Assembly: GCF_006345805.1 (NCBI RefSeq)
Contig: NC_043009.1
Coordinates: forward strand, 71,114,001-71,178,000
DNA: 64,000 nt
Origin: Octopus sinensis
Taxonomy: Eukaryota
Direction of reading: 5' to 3'
Shown here: positions 13,669-27,370 of the stretch, in pieces
Position numbering within the stretch: position 1 is the first letter of the stretch
Layout of the letters: every line of letters starts with the position of its first letter
Position numbers and translations under genes: made by a program
Notes under the pieces: model-generated
What the model saw: the letters and a program-made list of their open reading frames with translations, nothing else
Told to the model about the DNA's origin: nothing
Database searches by the model: none

Positions 13669-14119
13669 TTTCAATGGAGGCAATACCAGTGGAAAACTAG
13701 AAGAACATGACCTACCATCCAATAGAATATTTAATATATATGTGTGCACTTTCATTGAACAAATTCACTCGTTTTATGTAGAAGAGCTTCCATATATAAA
13801 TATTTCTAGCCCATTTCTGAGCATTGTTAAGTTAACAATCTCTGCTTAAAATTGTATAATTTATACTTAGCTCATTGGAGAACTTCAATACAATACAATA
13901 CAATAAATGGAGAAACAATATTTAGGCATTTCTACCATCCAACAATTAATATATTGAATATTCTATTGGATGGTAGGTCATGTTCCTCTAGTTTTCCGCT
14001 AGTATTGCCTCCATTGAAATCATGAATTGGAACTTAGCTCAATTAGAGTACTTTATTTCTAGCCCGTCTCTGAGCATTGTTAAGTTAACAATCTCTACTT
14101 AAAATTGTTTAATTTATAC
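13669..14119. repeat. Interleaved inverted (13669-13738 / 13950-14019) and direct (13802-13866 / 14054-14119) repeats
   Basis: Compared by eye; each pair differs by only a few substitutions. Confidence 0.85.
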
Positions 14120-14131
14120 ATATATATATAT

Positions 14132-14446
14132 CGGCGACCCCCTTCGGTCACGACACAGACCATGGGATTGCACCTAGAAAGTTACCCTCCTAGACACAAG
14201 TCCGGAAGACCAGCAGTCGCCCATGCATACCAGCCTCCCCTCTCCACGCCACCAGTGTTATCCAAGGGAAAGAAAAAGGTCGATACAGCTTGGCACCAGT
14301 GACGTCGCAACTCATTTCTACAGCTGAGGGAACTGGAGCAACGTGAAATAAAGTGCCTTGCTCAAGAACACAACACGCAGCCCGGTCCGGGATTCGAGCT
14401 CACAACCTCACGATCGTAAGCTCGACGCTCTAACCACTGAGCTATG
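14132..14446 (-). mobile_element. Near full-length tRNA-derived SINE
   Basis: Reverse strand reads TAGCTCAGTGGTTAGAGCG (A box), GCTCGAATCCC (B box), then GTGTTCTTGAGCAAGGCACT core. Confidence 0.85.
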
Positions 14447-16260
14447 TATATATATATATACGTGTGTGTATTCATAAATATGTATAGATTGTTCGAAGTT
14501 GTGTACAGATTTTATACATTAAGAAAAAGGGTGTAGATACGTTTATGGATATATGTAATATACGCCAAAATCTATGCATAATGGTATTTGCGAAGAAAGG
14601 AGTGAAGGTGTGCGCACGCTTCTGTTTGGACTCCTACCACCACCACCCCCCTTCTTTATGCCTCAATGATTTTTCTAAGTTCACCGCACGGGTGTTATTT
14701 AATTGTGGAGCAATCATTGGTTATTTATCTTCATTGGTACTTCTTCCTCCATTCTTATGTATGTGTATGTGTGTATGGGGAGAGAGAGAGAGAGACAGAC
14801 AGAGGGAGCGAGAGAGAGACAGAGACAGCAGGAGAGAGACAGAGAGAGCGAGAGAGAAGCATAAATATATCCATATACGCGCGCGCACACGCATGTATAT
14901 ACATACTATTATAACTCTGTGTGTGTGCCTGTGTATGCATGTGTGTATCTCTGTGGGCATATGTAAGCGTTTATATTTAGAACGTAAAAAATCCCTTTTA
15001 AAATATAGAATTGATACATACCATTTAGTCGTTTCAATATAATCCAATAACTTTAAGACGCTTCTAGATTTTAGCACAATCACAATTTTACAATATTAAC
15101 CTCGATCGTGTAACTATTTATTTATTCATCCTACATAGATAGAGCTACGCTCTAATTCAGTTAATCTCAACTTTTGTCTGTTTATTGTATAAGCTATAAT
15201 ATAAAATTTTTGTTATCTATTTTACTCTTTTTTTTTCTTTTTTCTATTGCATTTTATCAAATCAGACGCACTCGAAACGCACACAAAATATTCATAGAGC
15301 GATTCAACATGATTTTCAACACGAAACTGATGCCGACATGGAATAAAAACAAACAAAGAAAGACATGTTCGTGAAACTTTGTTGCAGTTTTCAGGAGAGT
15401 ATATTTGCTTTTTCTAATTTTATTGTCAATTGTGCAGCTGAGAATAAATCTTATTTGATAACAATCGCTTTTACTCCCCAGTGGTATTCAGCTTCACAAC
15501 ACAAACATGCGTACATTCAGTGACACCCACACAAACTCACAAATTCGCTCACTTTAAGGAACCCGTTTGCGCATATACAGTCTCACTCATGGGAACATGC
15601 TCCTCTCTTTCTCTATCTCTCTCTTTTCCTCTCTCTCTCTCTCTCTCACGCACACATCCACACAAATTAGTACCAGCACACGTATATATGTGCGCACGTA
15701 TTTATATGTGTGCGTGTGTGCGTAAGTGTATACATACATACACACATATATATATATGCATTTATATACAAATATACATGCATACATGTAGATACACACA
15801 CACACACGCACACACACACATACACACATATATAAACAATTTAATATTCAACTCAAGAATTACTCAATACATTTTTTAATATTGCGTAATAATTATCAAA
15901 TTTTAAAAGAATTTATCCTCAAGTTTCAGGTTGCTCGCCTTCATCAGACCGTGTTTTACTTCTTGGCTTCTATTTAGTTAAATATAGTCTTTGGCGAGTT
16001 GCATTTCGAGTATGTGGAGCTATGTGAGTAATAAACAGATGTCGTTTGGTTATATATTCCCAAACTATAAAGGTTAAACAATTTTTCACGGAAATCTAAT
16101 AAAATGAACACTAGTTTAGCCTCAATTTGACCTGTCCTGTGTAACAACTTATTTATAAACAAACATTTTTTTTTGGTGGTGGGGAACCAAACGCATAACA
16201 AAAAACAACTTTCTATACAGTTTTGGGATCTGACTTTGGCACAGAAACACGAAGTACACA

Positions 16261-16296
<36 letters not shown>

Positions 16297-16739
16297 TGAC
16301 TATTGCATTGAATACAAGACTGTTTATTGACTTCATCTGGATTTTTCCATATTTTCGTTTGAATTTCTGGGAATTTCTTTGAAACACTATAATTCCTCGA
16401 TCCATTTCAGACATTTCTAGATCTTCATAATACTCTCTTCGGGAAGAAGTGGCTTATTTTCTGTCAGTTTAGAATATGCAATGATAATGTGGTTCTTGTA
16501 GACATTGCACTGAAGTTGGAATTTTCGTTGATGGATTAATAACTCATCAGTCCTGGAAACAAGACATTGAAAATTTTAAAACTTTCTGAATGGATTTCAG
16601 AACTTTACTTTCCAAATATACCGTTTGTAACTTGCAGGAAAATAGGAACTAAAAGCCTTGATATAAACGATAAAACTGAAACACGGCTATCAACGGTTTA
16701 CGTCAAACAGAAATTATTTTCCTCGTATATATAAACATA

Positions 16740-18650
16740 AACTACAAAAGAAAACGGCAAAACCAGAAATGTACGACAAAATTCCATATGAAATTGATGA
16801 AAAGGAAAATCCACACAGCAGCTCAGAATATATAAAATCTATGTGTGAAAATTCTATGGTTAAAGACAGCAATAAATCAGTAAAAAAAAAATTATTTAAC
16901 AATATATATGCAGATATTGATAATACAGAAACATTTTTCATGTCGAAACAGACACAGAAATATAATAAATAAACGAAGTCATATCAACAAAATAAAATAT
17001 TTTCTACCCTCGTTAAAAAAAATAAATTCCTCACGGTTCCACAAGATATTTCTGTACAAATCCAATACGTAGTATTCTTCAACCTCGGTTAACTTAGATC
17101 TACAATCAACATAAATGCCAAAAAGGAAAAAGTTGAAATCAAAGTACTCCAGGAAACCCTAAAGTATAAACGTTATGAACATAAACGATAAACTTCAAAA
17201 TTTGCTTCGAGCTGGAATAACAAAAGTAGAAACCCATGCAGCAATTAGCAAACATTCAGCACAAACATTAAACAAACCTGGTTTAGAAAATAACAATGTT
17301 CTTTTCTACTCTAGGCACAATGCCCAAAATTTTGGGGGAGGGGCCAGTCGATTAGATCGACCCCAGTACGCAACTGGTATTTAATTTATCGACCCCCGCC
17401 TTAAATACACACTAAACCGAGAAAGAATTTGGTAACTTATCAGCAATACATACAAGGAAGATAATTTAAAGTGTCATCTTGTGAGTTTGAATGATGTTTG
17501 AAGGAAAACTATGAAATTAAGGAACTTTGCTACCTTACTTCCGCAAAGTCTTTTATCAACGCTCCAAGTGCAGAGAAATTAGGAAGATTTAAATATGTGT
17601 AAAAAGGTACAACAAAACAACCTCCGACCACAACCTACCGAGGAAATTATTAGCGTTCTGTATAGGAGAAACACTCCTTCACTACTGAGGTTGATATTTG
17701 AGCTATTGGGTAACAACAAAAAATATATTTGTATCAAGACATAAGCAAATATATACACCAGTTGTGTGGATTATATGCTTGCTGTTATGAATGCACCAGA
17801 AGGCATCGACAAATTTCAAGAAGACATAAGAATACCATTCTAAATTCAACCTCGGGAACAGTAGGAACAATGACTCACTTTTCGAATTCTTATTGAGATG
17901 AAATATCCATGACGTCTGGTTGCACTAAAAAGACACAAATAGACGCAAATACTTGCATGGAGACATCGAGCATTGACCAAAATACAAAATGTTAATTGAT
18001 CTCCAGAAACAAACCGACGGATTTAGATTACGGAATAAATAAATACTAATGAATGACGTTTGTAAGAAAGAAATGCATGTTAAATACATATTTATCCCAA
18101 ACTAAATCAACAAACATGAAATGTGTCAATCCTTCAGATAACACTAATAATGGACTGCAAAGACACTGAAACAAAAGTATAAATAACAAATGACCATAAA
18201 AACTGCCAAAGGAGCGAGTAATGCCAAATATGGTCAATAGGTTTTGTCGTATGAGGATGATAAATTTATGAGTGTGGTTCTTGTGTACGATACTTTCTCG
18301 CGAAAGGAGATTGCAATTTGCAACAAGCAGGAATTCTCATGCACCAAGCAACAAAACTCGATAGGAAAGTATTACTGAATCGTCCACCAAAAGTCTTTTG
18401 AATTTCAAATAACAATAGATGATTAATAATGGAATCAATATTTATACCGTGGTACAACATTAAATCAACCCAGACTACACACCCTAGCAACAAACAAAAA
18501 CTGTCCTTGATTGATGAGGTATAAATCTAACGGGTAAGACTGTAATTCTTGCGGCAATATCGACATCAATCATAATGGCCAAGTTCACCTTTAAGAGACG
18601 ACAAAACACACCAATGTCATTTCAACATCAAAAATAAGACTATGAATATT
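16740..18650 (+). mobile_element. Heavily decayed Penelope-like element (RT and GIY-YIG remnants)
   Basis: IYTSCVDYMLAV near 17750-17790 (YVDD-like), LKFNL..NNDSLFEFL (thumb-like) and YECGSCVRYF near 18270 (GIY-YIG-like). Many stops. Confidence 0.5.
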
Positions 18651-18820
18651 GAGAAACGTAGGTGATGGATTTGATAAGTTTACTCTCTCAAACAAAATGC
18701 AAGAAACGCAGCTGAAACTATGAAATACAAATCTTGTTCAAAATAATAAAAGTAAAGCATAAATGTTTTTAGTCCTAAAAGAAAATGTTTTTCTCATAAC
18801 TAAGATGAAGATATATATAA

Positions 18821-19122
18821 TTATAATTTAGGGTATCTAAGAGATGCCACCTCACTTGGAATAGCAGTCAAAACTTGACTCTAAAACCATATTAAAAGTA
18901 GCAAAAATTTTTGGCTTGTTTATTTTGTCTTTTTGTCTTCTCTCCTGGTGCTGTATGAACATTTAATGCGGTTTCAGAGTCAAGTTTTGACTGCTATTTC
19001 CAGCGTGGTAGTATCTCTTCGGTACCCTAAATAATAATTTTAAATAATTATTACCGTTGAAACGTTTTTATTCCCACGTTGGCCACCTGATAAAATCGGT
19101 ATTTAAGTAGCGATCTTATCCT
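18821..19122. mobile_element. MITE/foldback element with about 76-bp inverted arms
   Basis: 18821-18896 is the imperfect reverse complement of 18962-19037. The right arm extends to 19122 and matches 11751-11900. Confidence 0.8.
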
Positions 19123-19318
19123 CGAGCGTTATACTAATACATCTGTTTGTTTTGTACACCACCTGTCTTCGTCTTTTGCTTTTTTCGTAAACTCTCCCTA
19201 TATATATATATATATATGCATATTCAAATATTTATACAAATGCATATACCTATATATATATATGGATATGTGCGTGTGTGCTTATATACCTATGCATACA
19301 CATATGTGTGTATGTGTG

Positions 19319-19354
<36 letters not shown>

Positions 19355-19371
19355 AGCGTGTGAGTGTGTAC

Positions 19372-19402
<31 letters not shown>

Positions 19403-20689
19403 TGTTTGTATTTCCGCCATGTAACTACAGGCGTGCTTTACTTGAACTTTTCCCCTTCTCTCTGACGCTTTTCTGTCTCCTCTTTCTGACGAAGAACCCT
19501 GCTCGAAACGTTCTGCATCTTAAACTGAGCCTATTACATCAGCCATGCACGTTCTTTTGACTTTGGTTGTTTTTGTTGTTATTTTCCATTTGCTTATGTT
19601 TATATATAAACATGCACACACACACACACACGTGTGTGTTTGCGTTTATACGCGTATTAAAATAAGATCAACCTAACAAACTATCGACGTGACACTGAGA
19701 TTCGTGTAAAAATGACATTTTTACACTCATTAGTTAGACGCGTTGTGGATTGATTTGAGCAATGCCAAAGATGGCTGCTATGCAAAGCCTTTCGAAAAGC
19801 AAAAGGGATATCGTTTATGGTAAAGACAAAAATGACTTATTTAGATTTCAAAACGTAGCGACTATAAGTTGTGCTGGAGAATTAAAGAGTAATTTCCTTT
19901 GGATGACTATGTAAATGCATTTGATACCAGAATGCAGATTAGGACAGAAAATTAAATGTAAGCTGAGAAAGAGACGGAGAGGTAAAGAGAGAAAAGAAGG
20001 AGGAGGCGAAAAAAAGGAAGAATAAAGAGTACTAAGGGGACAGAAATATTAAATGTTCATTAGATAAGTGGTGGCTGTGCAGAGGATGGACTGTGAGATG
20101 CAGTGGGAGGCTAGGGAGAATAGGTGTCGGTCCCAATCAACGATGCTTTCAACCAGTATATTTTGATATACTTTTACTCGTATAAACAAAATAAACGTCC
20201 CAATCTCGGCATATTTGGTAGATTTTGGCGCCAGGCAGCTCTTAACTATTCATCTCTTCTCCGCTAAAATCAATCCATATCTTCTGCTGCCAATCATATA
20301 TATACACCTATAGATGTGTGCACAAAAATTTATATACAGACAGACAGACAGACACACAGATATATAGACAGTCGTCAGACAAACAGACAAATAGATAGAT
20401 ATGTTTCTTTACTGGCCACACAGGACTGAATACAGAGTAGACAAAATACACAGTAGAGCTTTTCTTTTTGGGAAGAAGAAGAGAAAAAAAATGGGTCGAA
20501 TTTCGATCAAAAGGGATCGTGGAAAAAAAGAAAGAAAAAGAAAGGTCGAGCAATAGCGATCGTATATCACAGAAATGTCAATGTAAAGGGGGAAAACAGA
20601 TTAGGTTTATCGTGGAAAGAAAAGCCTATGGAAAAGATCACGGTAACCTTGGACAATAGTCATACAAAAAAATCACATTTCTTTTTTTG

Positions 20690-21545
20690 GTTCATAGGAT
20701 TATGCTCAAGCTGGCCACGTCGTTTACACGTGCCATCCTTGCTACATTCACTCATCTTTTTTTGGAACATTCGCTAGACAAAACTTCCCTCTCTACTCTC
20801 GCCTTCCTCTTCAAGTGATACTTGAAGAGGTTGATGAGAGATTGACCAGAGAGGAAAGTGTTTGTCTCCAATCCTTTCAGACGCGTCCACCAAATACATT
20901 CTTTCGCCATAGCCACACGTACGATGAAAACGGCTCTTCCTTCCCGTTTCAAGGATGGAGGTGCAACAATACTCACGATAGACTCAGTTGATAAACTGAC
21001 TCGTCCCACACGCGATAGCAGTCGTTCGACATAGGCCCACAGATCGGAAATGGTTGGACAATGTACGAGTGCGTGCAGGACGGTTTCGTCGCTCTGATTG
21101 CATCTCGAGCAGGTCGGCCCCGTGTTTCTCGAGCCATACCTGTAGAGCTTATCCCGAACGGGTTGCGCTTTTCGATAGCACAGCCAGGCCAGGGATCTCT
21201 GGAAGTTGTCCATAGGTCCCGGCCCGAAAGTCGTCTTGAACAGACGGGTCAGGTACTCCTCGTCGACGCCCAGGTTCGCCCCGAGATCGTCGGCGTACCT
21301 GCCATCCACTAAACCTCTATAGAATGCTTTGGTTGTGTTGAAGTCGCTGGGACGGCATAGTTGCTTGCGAGCAACGCGCCAGTCGCCCTTCTTCGGCCTC
21401 TTTTTGATCCACAACTGCAGTCCGGTTATGGAGACGAGCTGCAGAAAAGCGCACCTCACAAACGGCGACCATACCTGTTCGCCGTCGTCTACGTAAAGCC
21501 GGAGATGTCGCAGTCTCAGCGTGTCTGAGCATCATCAACCACAAT
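20690..21545 (-). mobile_element. L1/Tx1-type LINE 3' fragment with zf-RVT domain
   Basis: ORF 20752-21459 contains CSRCNQSDETVLHALVHC (CxxC...ETxxHxxxxC), preceded by PVRDKLY and followed by IWWTR. Confidence 0.88.
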
Positions 21546-21564
21546 TACGTCGACTCTAGTGTTC

Positions 21565-21702
21565 AACTGATTTAATCGACCCCGAGAGGATACAAGGTAA
21601 AGTCGACCTCGGCGGCATTTGAACTCAGAACGTACAATCGGAAGAAATACCTCTAAGCATCTTTTCAGTGGCGTTAACAATTCTTATAACTCGCCGCCTC
21701 AC
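21565..21702 (-). mobile_element. tRNA-derived SINE (GTCGACTTTGCCTTTCATCC-core family), 5' half
   Basis: Matches the head and core of the copies at 23257-23657 and 27371-27590. Confidence 0.8.
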
Positions 21703-23218
21703 ACGTCTTAAAAATTGCTTCATAATCTTTCTCAGTTTTGAAGTGACTAAACTGGGTAACTGGAAGTCGGAAAGTCATTTTGATCTAACGTTACCACGAC
21801 TGTCCGAGATGTGATATATGTGCAGGTCGAATTCCGTGGGTTGCTGTCTGTTTTTTTTTTTTGTCGCTGAAGGAATTTTTTCACCCAATGTACGATGAGC
21901 TTTTATTCTTAGCTTCCATTCGCATTCGAGCCACTTGTCAGAAGAAACTACCTGCGCGCGCGTGACCTATGTCTGTACAACATAAACCCGATTGACACAG
22001 TTTATTAGCAAAATAATATCGAAGAAATCTATTTGAATAAAATACAAATAAAGCAGCTATTGCTCCACAAACGTAGAAAATATTTCGTTAATTTTACCAT
22101 ATTTCTTAGTAATTCAATAATAAAGGTTAGCGAAGCTGTGTTCATTATCAACAGTTTGTTAGAAAGGCAGTATTATACTCTTTTGTAGTTCGTTTAAAAA
22201 TGTTTCAGAAATAATAAATGCTTTCGAATTAATTTCTTTGAAAATACTTTCCAAGTTGACCAGCATCTATTTCTTTCATTCTTGCGTTTATAGTAACGGA
22301 GTTCTTTGTTCAAATTCTGCCAAGCTTTCAGATTCGTACGAGGTTAGGATCAATATTCATTAATGATTAATGAACTTTTCAAATTTTTAAATAATCATCT
22401 CAACTGATTTTACGGTCATTTCTTTCATTGTTGGTCCTTTTCACAAACTATTCGATTGTCCGATCCTTCCTTTTCGCGCTTTTCATTCATATACAGAAGG
22501 TGCTGATTGATAGATTCCTCTGAATGGGATGTAATTCACTAATATCTATATCATCTCACATTTAACAATCTTTCGACACTTTAAATGCAGATTATCATGT
22601 TTGTTCTGCGATTAAAAAATATTTCTCCGTCACAATAACCTTCTTCGATTATTTCTTTAAAGAAAAGATAAGGTTTTCGGTTACGTTTTTTGTCTGCTCT
22701 TGTATCCTCACCCGTAATACAAACATCATGGGTTCCTCTCAGAGTATTGACTTTATCAGATAAACTATAACCAGCAGTAAAACTTTCCACAGTTCTTGAT
22801 GGATTCTCATTTCATTTTTATATGCAGTCCCCCACCCCATCTGAAACCGTAACAGCTTTCCTTTCAATCCTGTTGTTGGCATGTGCATATATATGTTGTG
22901 GGATGTGTGTATGTATCTATCTATATGTATCTATGTATGTATGTACCTATCTATATGTATGTGTGTATGTATGTATGTATGTATGTATGTACGTATGTAT
23001 GTACACCATGATGATGATGATGAAGGCTGAAGCCCCAGCGGCAGCATTCGACGTTTTCTATTTTCAACCCAATGTTTAGATGCTATTATTTATAGCCTTA
23101 TGTATAGTTCGAGATCTACTTCTCCAAAAACAACACACACACACGTACGTATGTATGTATGCATGTATGTATGTATTATGTATAGACATAAACACTCGCA
23201 TATCTACACATACAGAAA

Positions 23219-23256
<38 letters not shown>

Positions 23257-23257
<1 letters not shown>

Positions 23258-23657
23258 TTCTTTACTGCCCACAGGGGGCTAAACATAGAGGGGACAAACA
23301 AGGACACACAGAGCGACTAAGTCGATTACATCGACCCCAGTGTCTAACTGGTACTTATTTAATCGACCCCGAAAGGATGAAAGGCAAAGTTGACCTCGGT
23401 GGATTTTGAACTCAGAACGTAACGGCAGCCGAAATACCTATTTCTTTACTACCCACAAGGGGCTAAACACAGAGCGGACAAACAAGGACAGACAAACGGA
23501 TTAAGTCGATTATATTGACCCCAGTGCCTAACTGGTACTTATTTAATCGACCCCGAAAGGATGAAAGGCAAAGTTGACCTCGGCGGAATTTGAACTCAGA
23601 AAGTAGCAGCAGCCGAAATACCGCTGAGTATTCCGGCCGGCGTGCTAACGATTCTGC
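23257..23657 (-). mobile_element. Tandem SINE dimer (core family) with the TGTCTGTCCTTGTTTGTCC tail
   Basis: Two consecutive similar units, about 23257-23438 and 23439-23657. Confidence 0.85.
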
Positions 23658-23880
23658 ATGTATATGTATGTGTAAATGAATGTATGTATATATCTATAAT
23701 TTTAGCGATAAATATGGAACATCATGTCAATGACATTTTGGAGAAACAACAGCATCAATCTCATCTGTTATCTTCTGGTGTTGTTTATGCAAGTAATTCT
23801 TCTTTATAATTTTTCTCTCACTCTCTATCGACCAGAAAGAGCGTGAAATTGCGTGTGTTGACCAATATTAGAGAATTGTA

Positions 23881-24080
23881 AGGCGCCGCCGTTCCGGTAG
23901 AATCGCTAGCACGTCGGACAAAATGCTTAGCATCATTTCAAATTCGCCGAGCCCGATTTTACCTTTCGGGGTCAATAAAATAGGTACCAGTTGAGCATTG
24001 AGGTCAATGCTGAGCACTGGGGTCGATGTAATTGACTAACCCACTCCATCCAAATTGCTGGCCTTCTGCCAAAGATTGAA
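23881..24080 (+). mobile_element. SINE (core family) with a perfect 20-bp target-site duplication
   Basis: ACCAATATTAGAGAATTGTA at 23861-23880 and 24081-24100. Confidence 0.9.
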
Positions 24081-25445
24081 ACCAATATTAGAGAATTGTA
24101 TGAAAGCACAGTTTAATTGAAATTTTGATGAAAATAGTTGCCAGGCTTTCGGTGCCATGCACTTGGAATGGATATTTCATTCTGCCAGTAATGACAGCTT
24201 TATAAGCTGAGTCACACTTTAACCAAGAAACAGCATTACGCCAATAGCTTCTTTTTTTTTATTTCTTTTTTTTGCTAACATTTTCATAGAAATAATTACT
24301 CGTTGTAGCTTCGATAGCTGGTACCGTTGTGAGTCGGGATTTTTCAAGATTCTTAGATCACCAACAGTGGCAAACAATTCACAGTATCTCTGATATCCGG
24401 TTAAAATATGACAGTTTTTGCTTCAGGATCTTAAATTTTTCGGTCGAGTCTAAAGTTCTACACCTTTAAAGAGTCACATGGCCTAAGTTAAGTTCCGGAA
24501 CTTGAGTATCGTTAAGTGACTGGCATTTACTTCGTTTCATTTAAATACTTTGATTGCTACAATTAAATAGTTCCTGAGACCGCTCCCGTGTGGTAATTCT
24601 CATTGAATGCAATAGAGGTTTGGAGACAATGTGGCTTCAAAGAATATTGAAGTTAAGCACTCTCAACCCTAACACAATGGAAGAGGGGCTGACAATAATT
24701 GTTATACGAATTTATCAACATTTTGAGGAATCGAATTTTTCTAAATCTCTACTTCAATCAAGAATTAATGATAATTTTATCTCTCATGTTGCAGTTTTTA
24801 CGGACATTCAGTAACTGAGGAGTAACATGTCCTCCAGGAACTGGAGTATCGTTTATCGAGCCATGCCGTATATTAAAGTGTGGCTCCGTAGATTCTGACA
24901 AACAGAAGAGTTTCGAATCCAGGGGCTATATAAGACACTCTTAATCAGAGACCAAAGATACTGTCCAGTTCTCGGCACCAGTGGTGTTTCCAAAATTTTC
25001 AGCCACCCGAACAAACGACCAATAAAAATCTGATGCAAAAGTAAGCAGTATGTGTCACAAAGGAGAAAATGAAAACAAGGCATTAACCATGGATTAGACG
25101 CTGTTTGCAGACAATGCGGAAAAGAGCAGCGCCAGAAGGTAAACTGGAGCGCCATATGAAGTTTCTGCAAAACAACATTATAGAACTCAATACAAGTGAT
25201 GCCCGTCGTAGCCACATCTGTACAAAGAGGTGTCAGGACCGAAAAGTTACTAATCACGTGAAAGTGTTCCAACGGGCTCAGGCAATGAGAGGCAGAATTA
25301 TTATAAGTAGTACAACTTTTATTGGTCGCCACTGCGCTTCACCCAACGTAAATACGCCATTGTATAATTCCGTTTTGCGGATTTTTGTGGGCATTTCCGA
25401 AATACTTTCAAATCTTCACAGATATAGCCTGTCCATGAAAAACTT

Positions 25446-25478
25446 GTGCGTGTGTGTGTGTGCGTGTACGTGTGTGTG

Positions 25479-25518
<40 letters not shown>

Positions 25519-25562
25519 CGTGTGTGTGTGTGTGTGTGGTGTGTGTGTGTGTGCGTGCGTGT

Positions 25563-25605
<43 letters not shown>
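25446..25605. repeat. (GT)n microsatellite
   Basis: Direct reading. Confidence 0.95.
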
Positions 25606-25607
<2 letters not shown>

Positions 25608-25900
25608 GTATGCACTCATTACAAATGAGGAGTTCACTCTATCTGGAACTCTGATTCGCATAAACAGGATTGGACATTTTGCTATCTGTTCGTTCAATTA
25701 ATTGTTGAAACAAGTAAGGACGTGAGTTTGCATAATATTACGTAAGTCGAATAAGTTTTTATTATTCGTCATGAAACCAGTCATAGCCAGACTCACACCG
25801 CTTGGAACTTCCATAGGTTTTACATACAGCCATACAAAGATATCATATAAACGTGTGCGTGTGCGTATACACGTACGTATATAGACATACACACACACGC

Positions 25901-25969
<69 letters not shown>

Positions 25970-27203
25970 TATGTATACACACACGCACACACAAACATAC
26001 AATGCACGCGTATACTTATGTGTGGGCGTGTGAGAGTGATACAGAAAAAGAAATACAGAGAGTGAAAGAGAGGACTAAGGAAAGAGCGATAAACACTCTT
26101 TCTCACTCTCCTTCTCTCCCTCTCCCTCTCACCCCGTCTCTCTCTCTCTCTCTCTCTCCCTCTCTCTGATAAATTGTTTGGTAACTTATGACTCATATTG
26201 TTGATTCTTTTTTGCTTTTTTTTTCATTCCTCTTCTGTTTGTTTTTAATTATTTTTCTTTGAGTTGTTTGTGTTTTTCAAAGGTTGTATTTTTATTTTTT
26301 TTTTGTTTATTTTTTTCTTCTTTTGCACTTTTTATTTCTTTAATAAACAAAGAAACAACTCTGAGTCGTCAGAATTACTTTATCAAACTGAACGCTCAAC
26401 TTCCTCTGCTCCGTTATCATTGATGTTGTTGCTACTGTTGCTGCCTTAGTTAAACCGATCTATAATTAAAAGCATTACACTAATCAGTATACAGATTTAG
26501 ATTTCCAGTTATTTGCGAATGGATTATCCATTATATATCCTTCTGGGGCGGTAGAGTTAATTTGAGAAAGATTTAGCTGCTGTTTCTGGTTGATCAAACA
26601 ATAACTTTGAGGCCTTTTATTGACTCATATAGATATACATCATCGTTATAGGTTGTGGGAAAATGCAATATTTCATACTACCTTAAAGACTTTTCAGCTA
26701 GCTCCTGCGATGGGCTAAAGGGCCTGCGGATTAAAACTAAAAGGAGTCAAATAGAATGACTGTAATACGTCTATAATGAGTATATGCCCCAGTGGTGTTT
26801 GATCAGAGGTTAAGGACGGATGAGAATTAATTCCGTAATGCAATCATTCTATTGTTCCAGTTGCTATTTCAATTCTGTGTTGGCTAATATGTCCCGAAGT
26901 TTTTATCGCGACGTAAAATTAACGAAGTGAATGTCATCCATCTCTCCCTTTGATCTCTGACGTCATTCGACAAACGCCAATCAAGATGGCGTGAATCAGC
27001 CAAGCATTACCTGCTAGAAATAGCAACCCAAATGCTTTTAAATCTGATCCTAATGCTGGTTATTCAAGAACCAAACGAAGGGCAGATTTTCAATCTCGGG
27101 ACCATCCTCATTCCAAAAGGGTATATGTCTATGACGAGCAAATGTCGACTGTGATACAGGGGTTCCAGATGGACAGACAGAATTCACTTTTATTGTTATA
27201 TAT

Positions 27204-27236
<33 letters not shown>

Positions 27237-27370
27237 GATTTTTTTATTAAGTGTTTGTAAGTATGTATGTATGTATTATGTATGTATGTGCGTGTGTATG
27301 TATGCGTGTGTGTGCATTTTACCTATACAAGATGTATATATGTATATATACATATTTATGTGTACATATA

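Noticed and set aside
14380-14446. tRNA-like sequence (also 10684, 11273, 27371, 47590)
   Set aside because: A and B boxes are present but there is no complete cloverleaf, and each continues into a SINE body.
16480-16560. C2H2 zinc-finger exon (SRTDELLIHQRK...QC)
   Set aside because: The required Cys/His spacing and TGEKP linker are absent.
22740-22812. Signal-peptide-like MRIHQELWKVLLLVIVYLIKSIL (protocadherin start?)
   Set aside because: Immediate stop and no cadherin motifs downstream.
24850-25440. ORFs 25105-25701 and 24853-25332
   Set aside because: No recognisable motif; length is inflated by the (GT)n tract and other frames have many stops.
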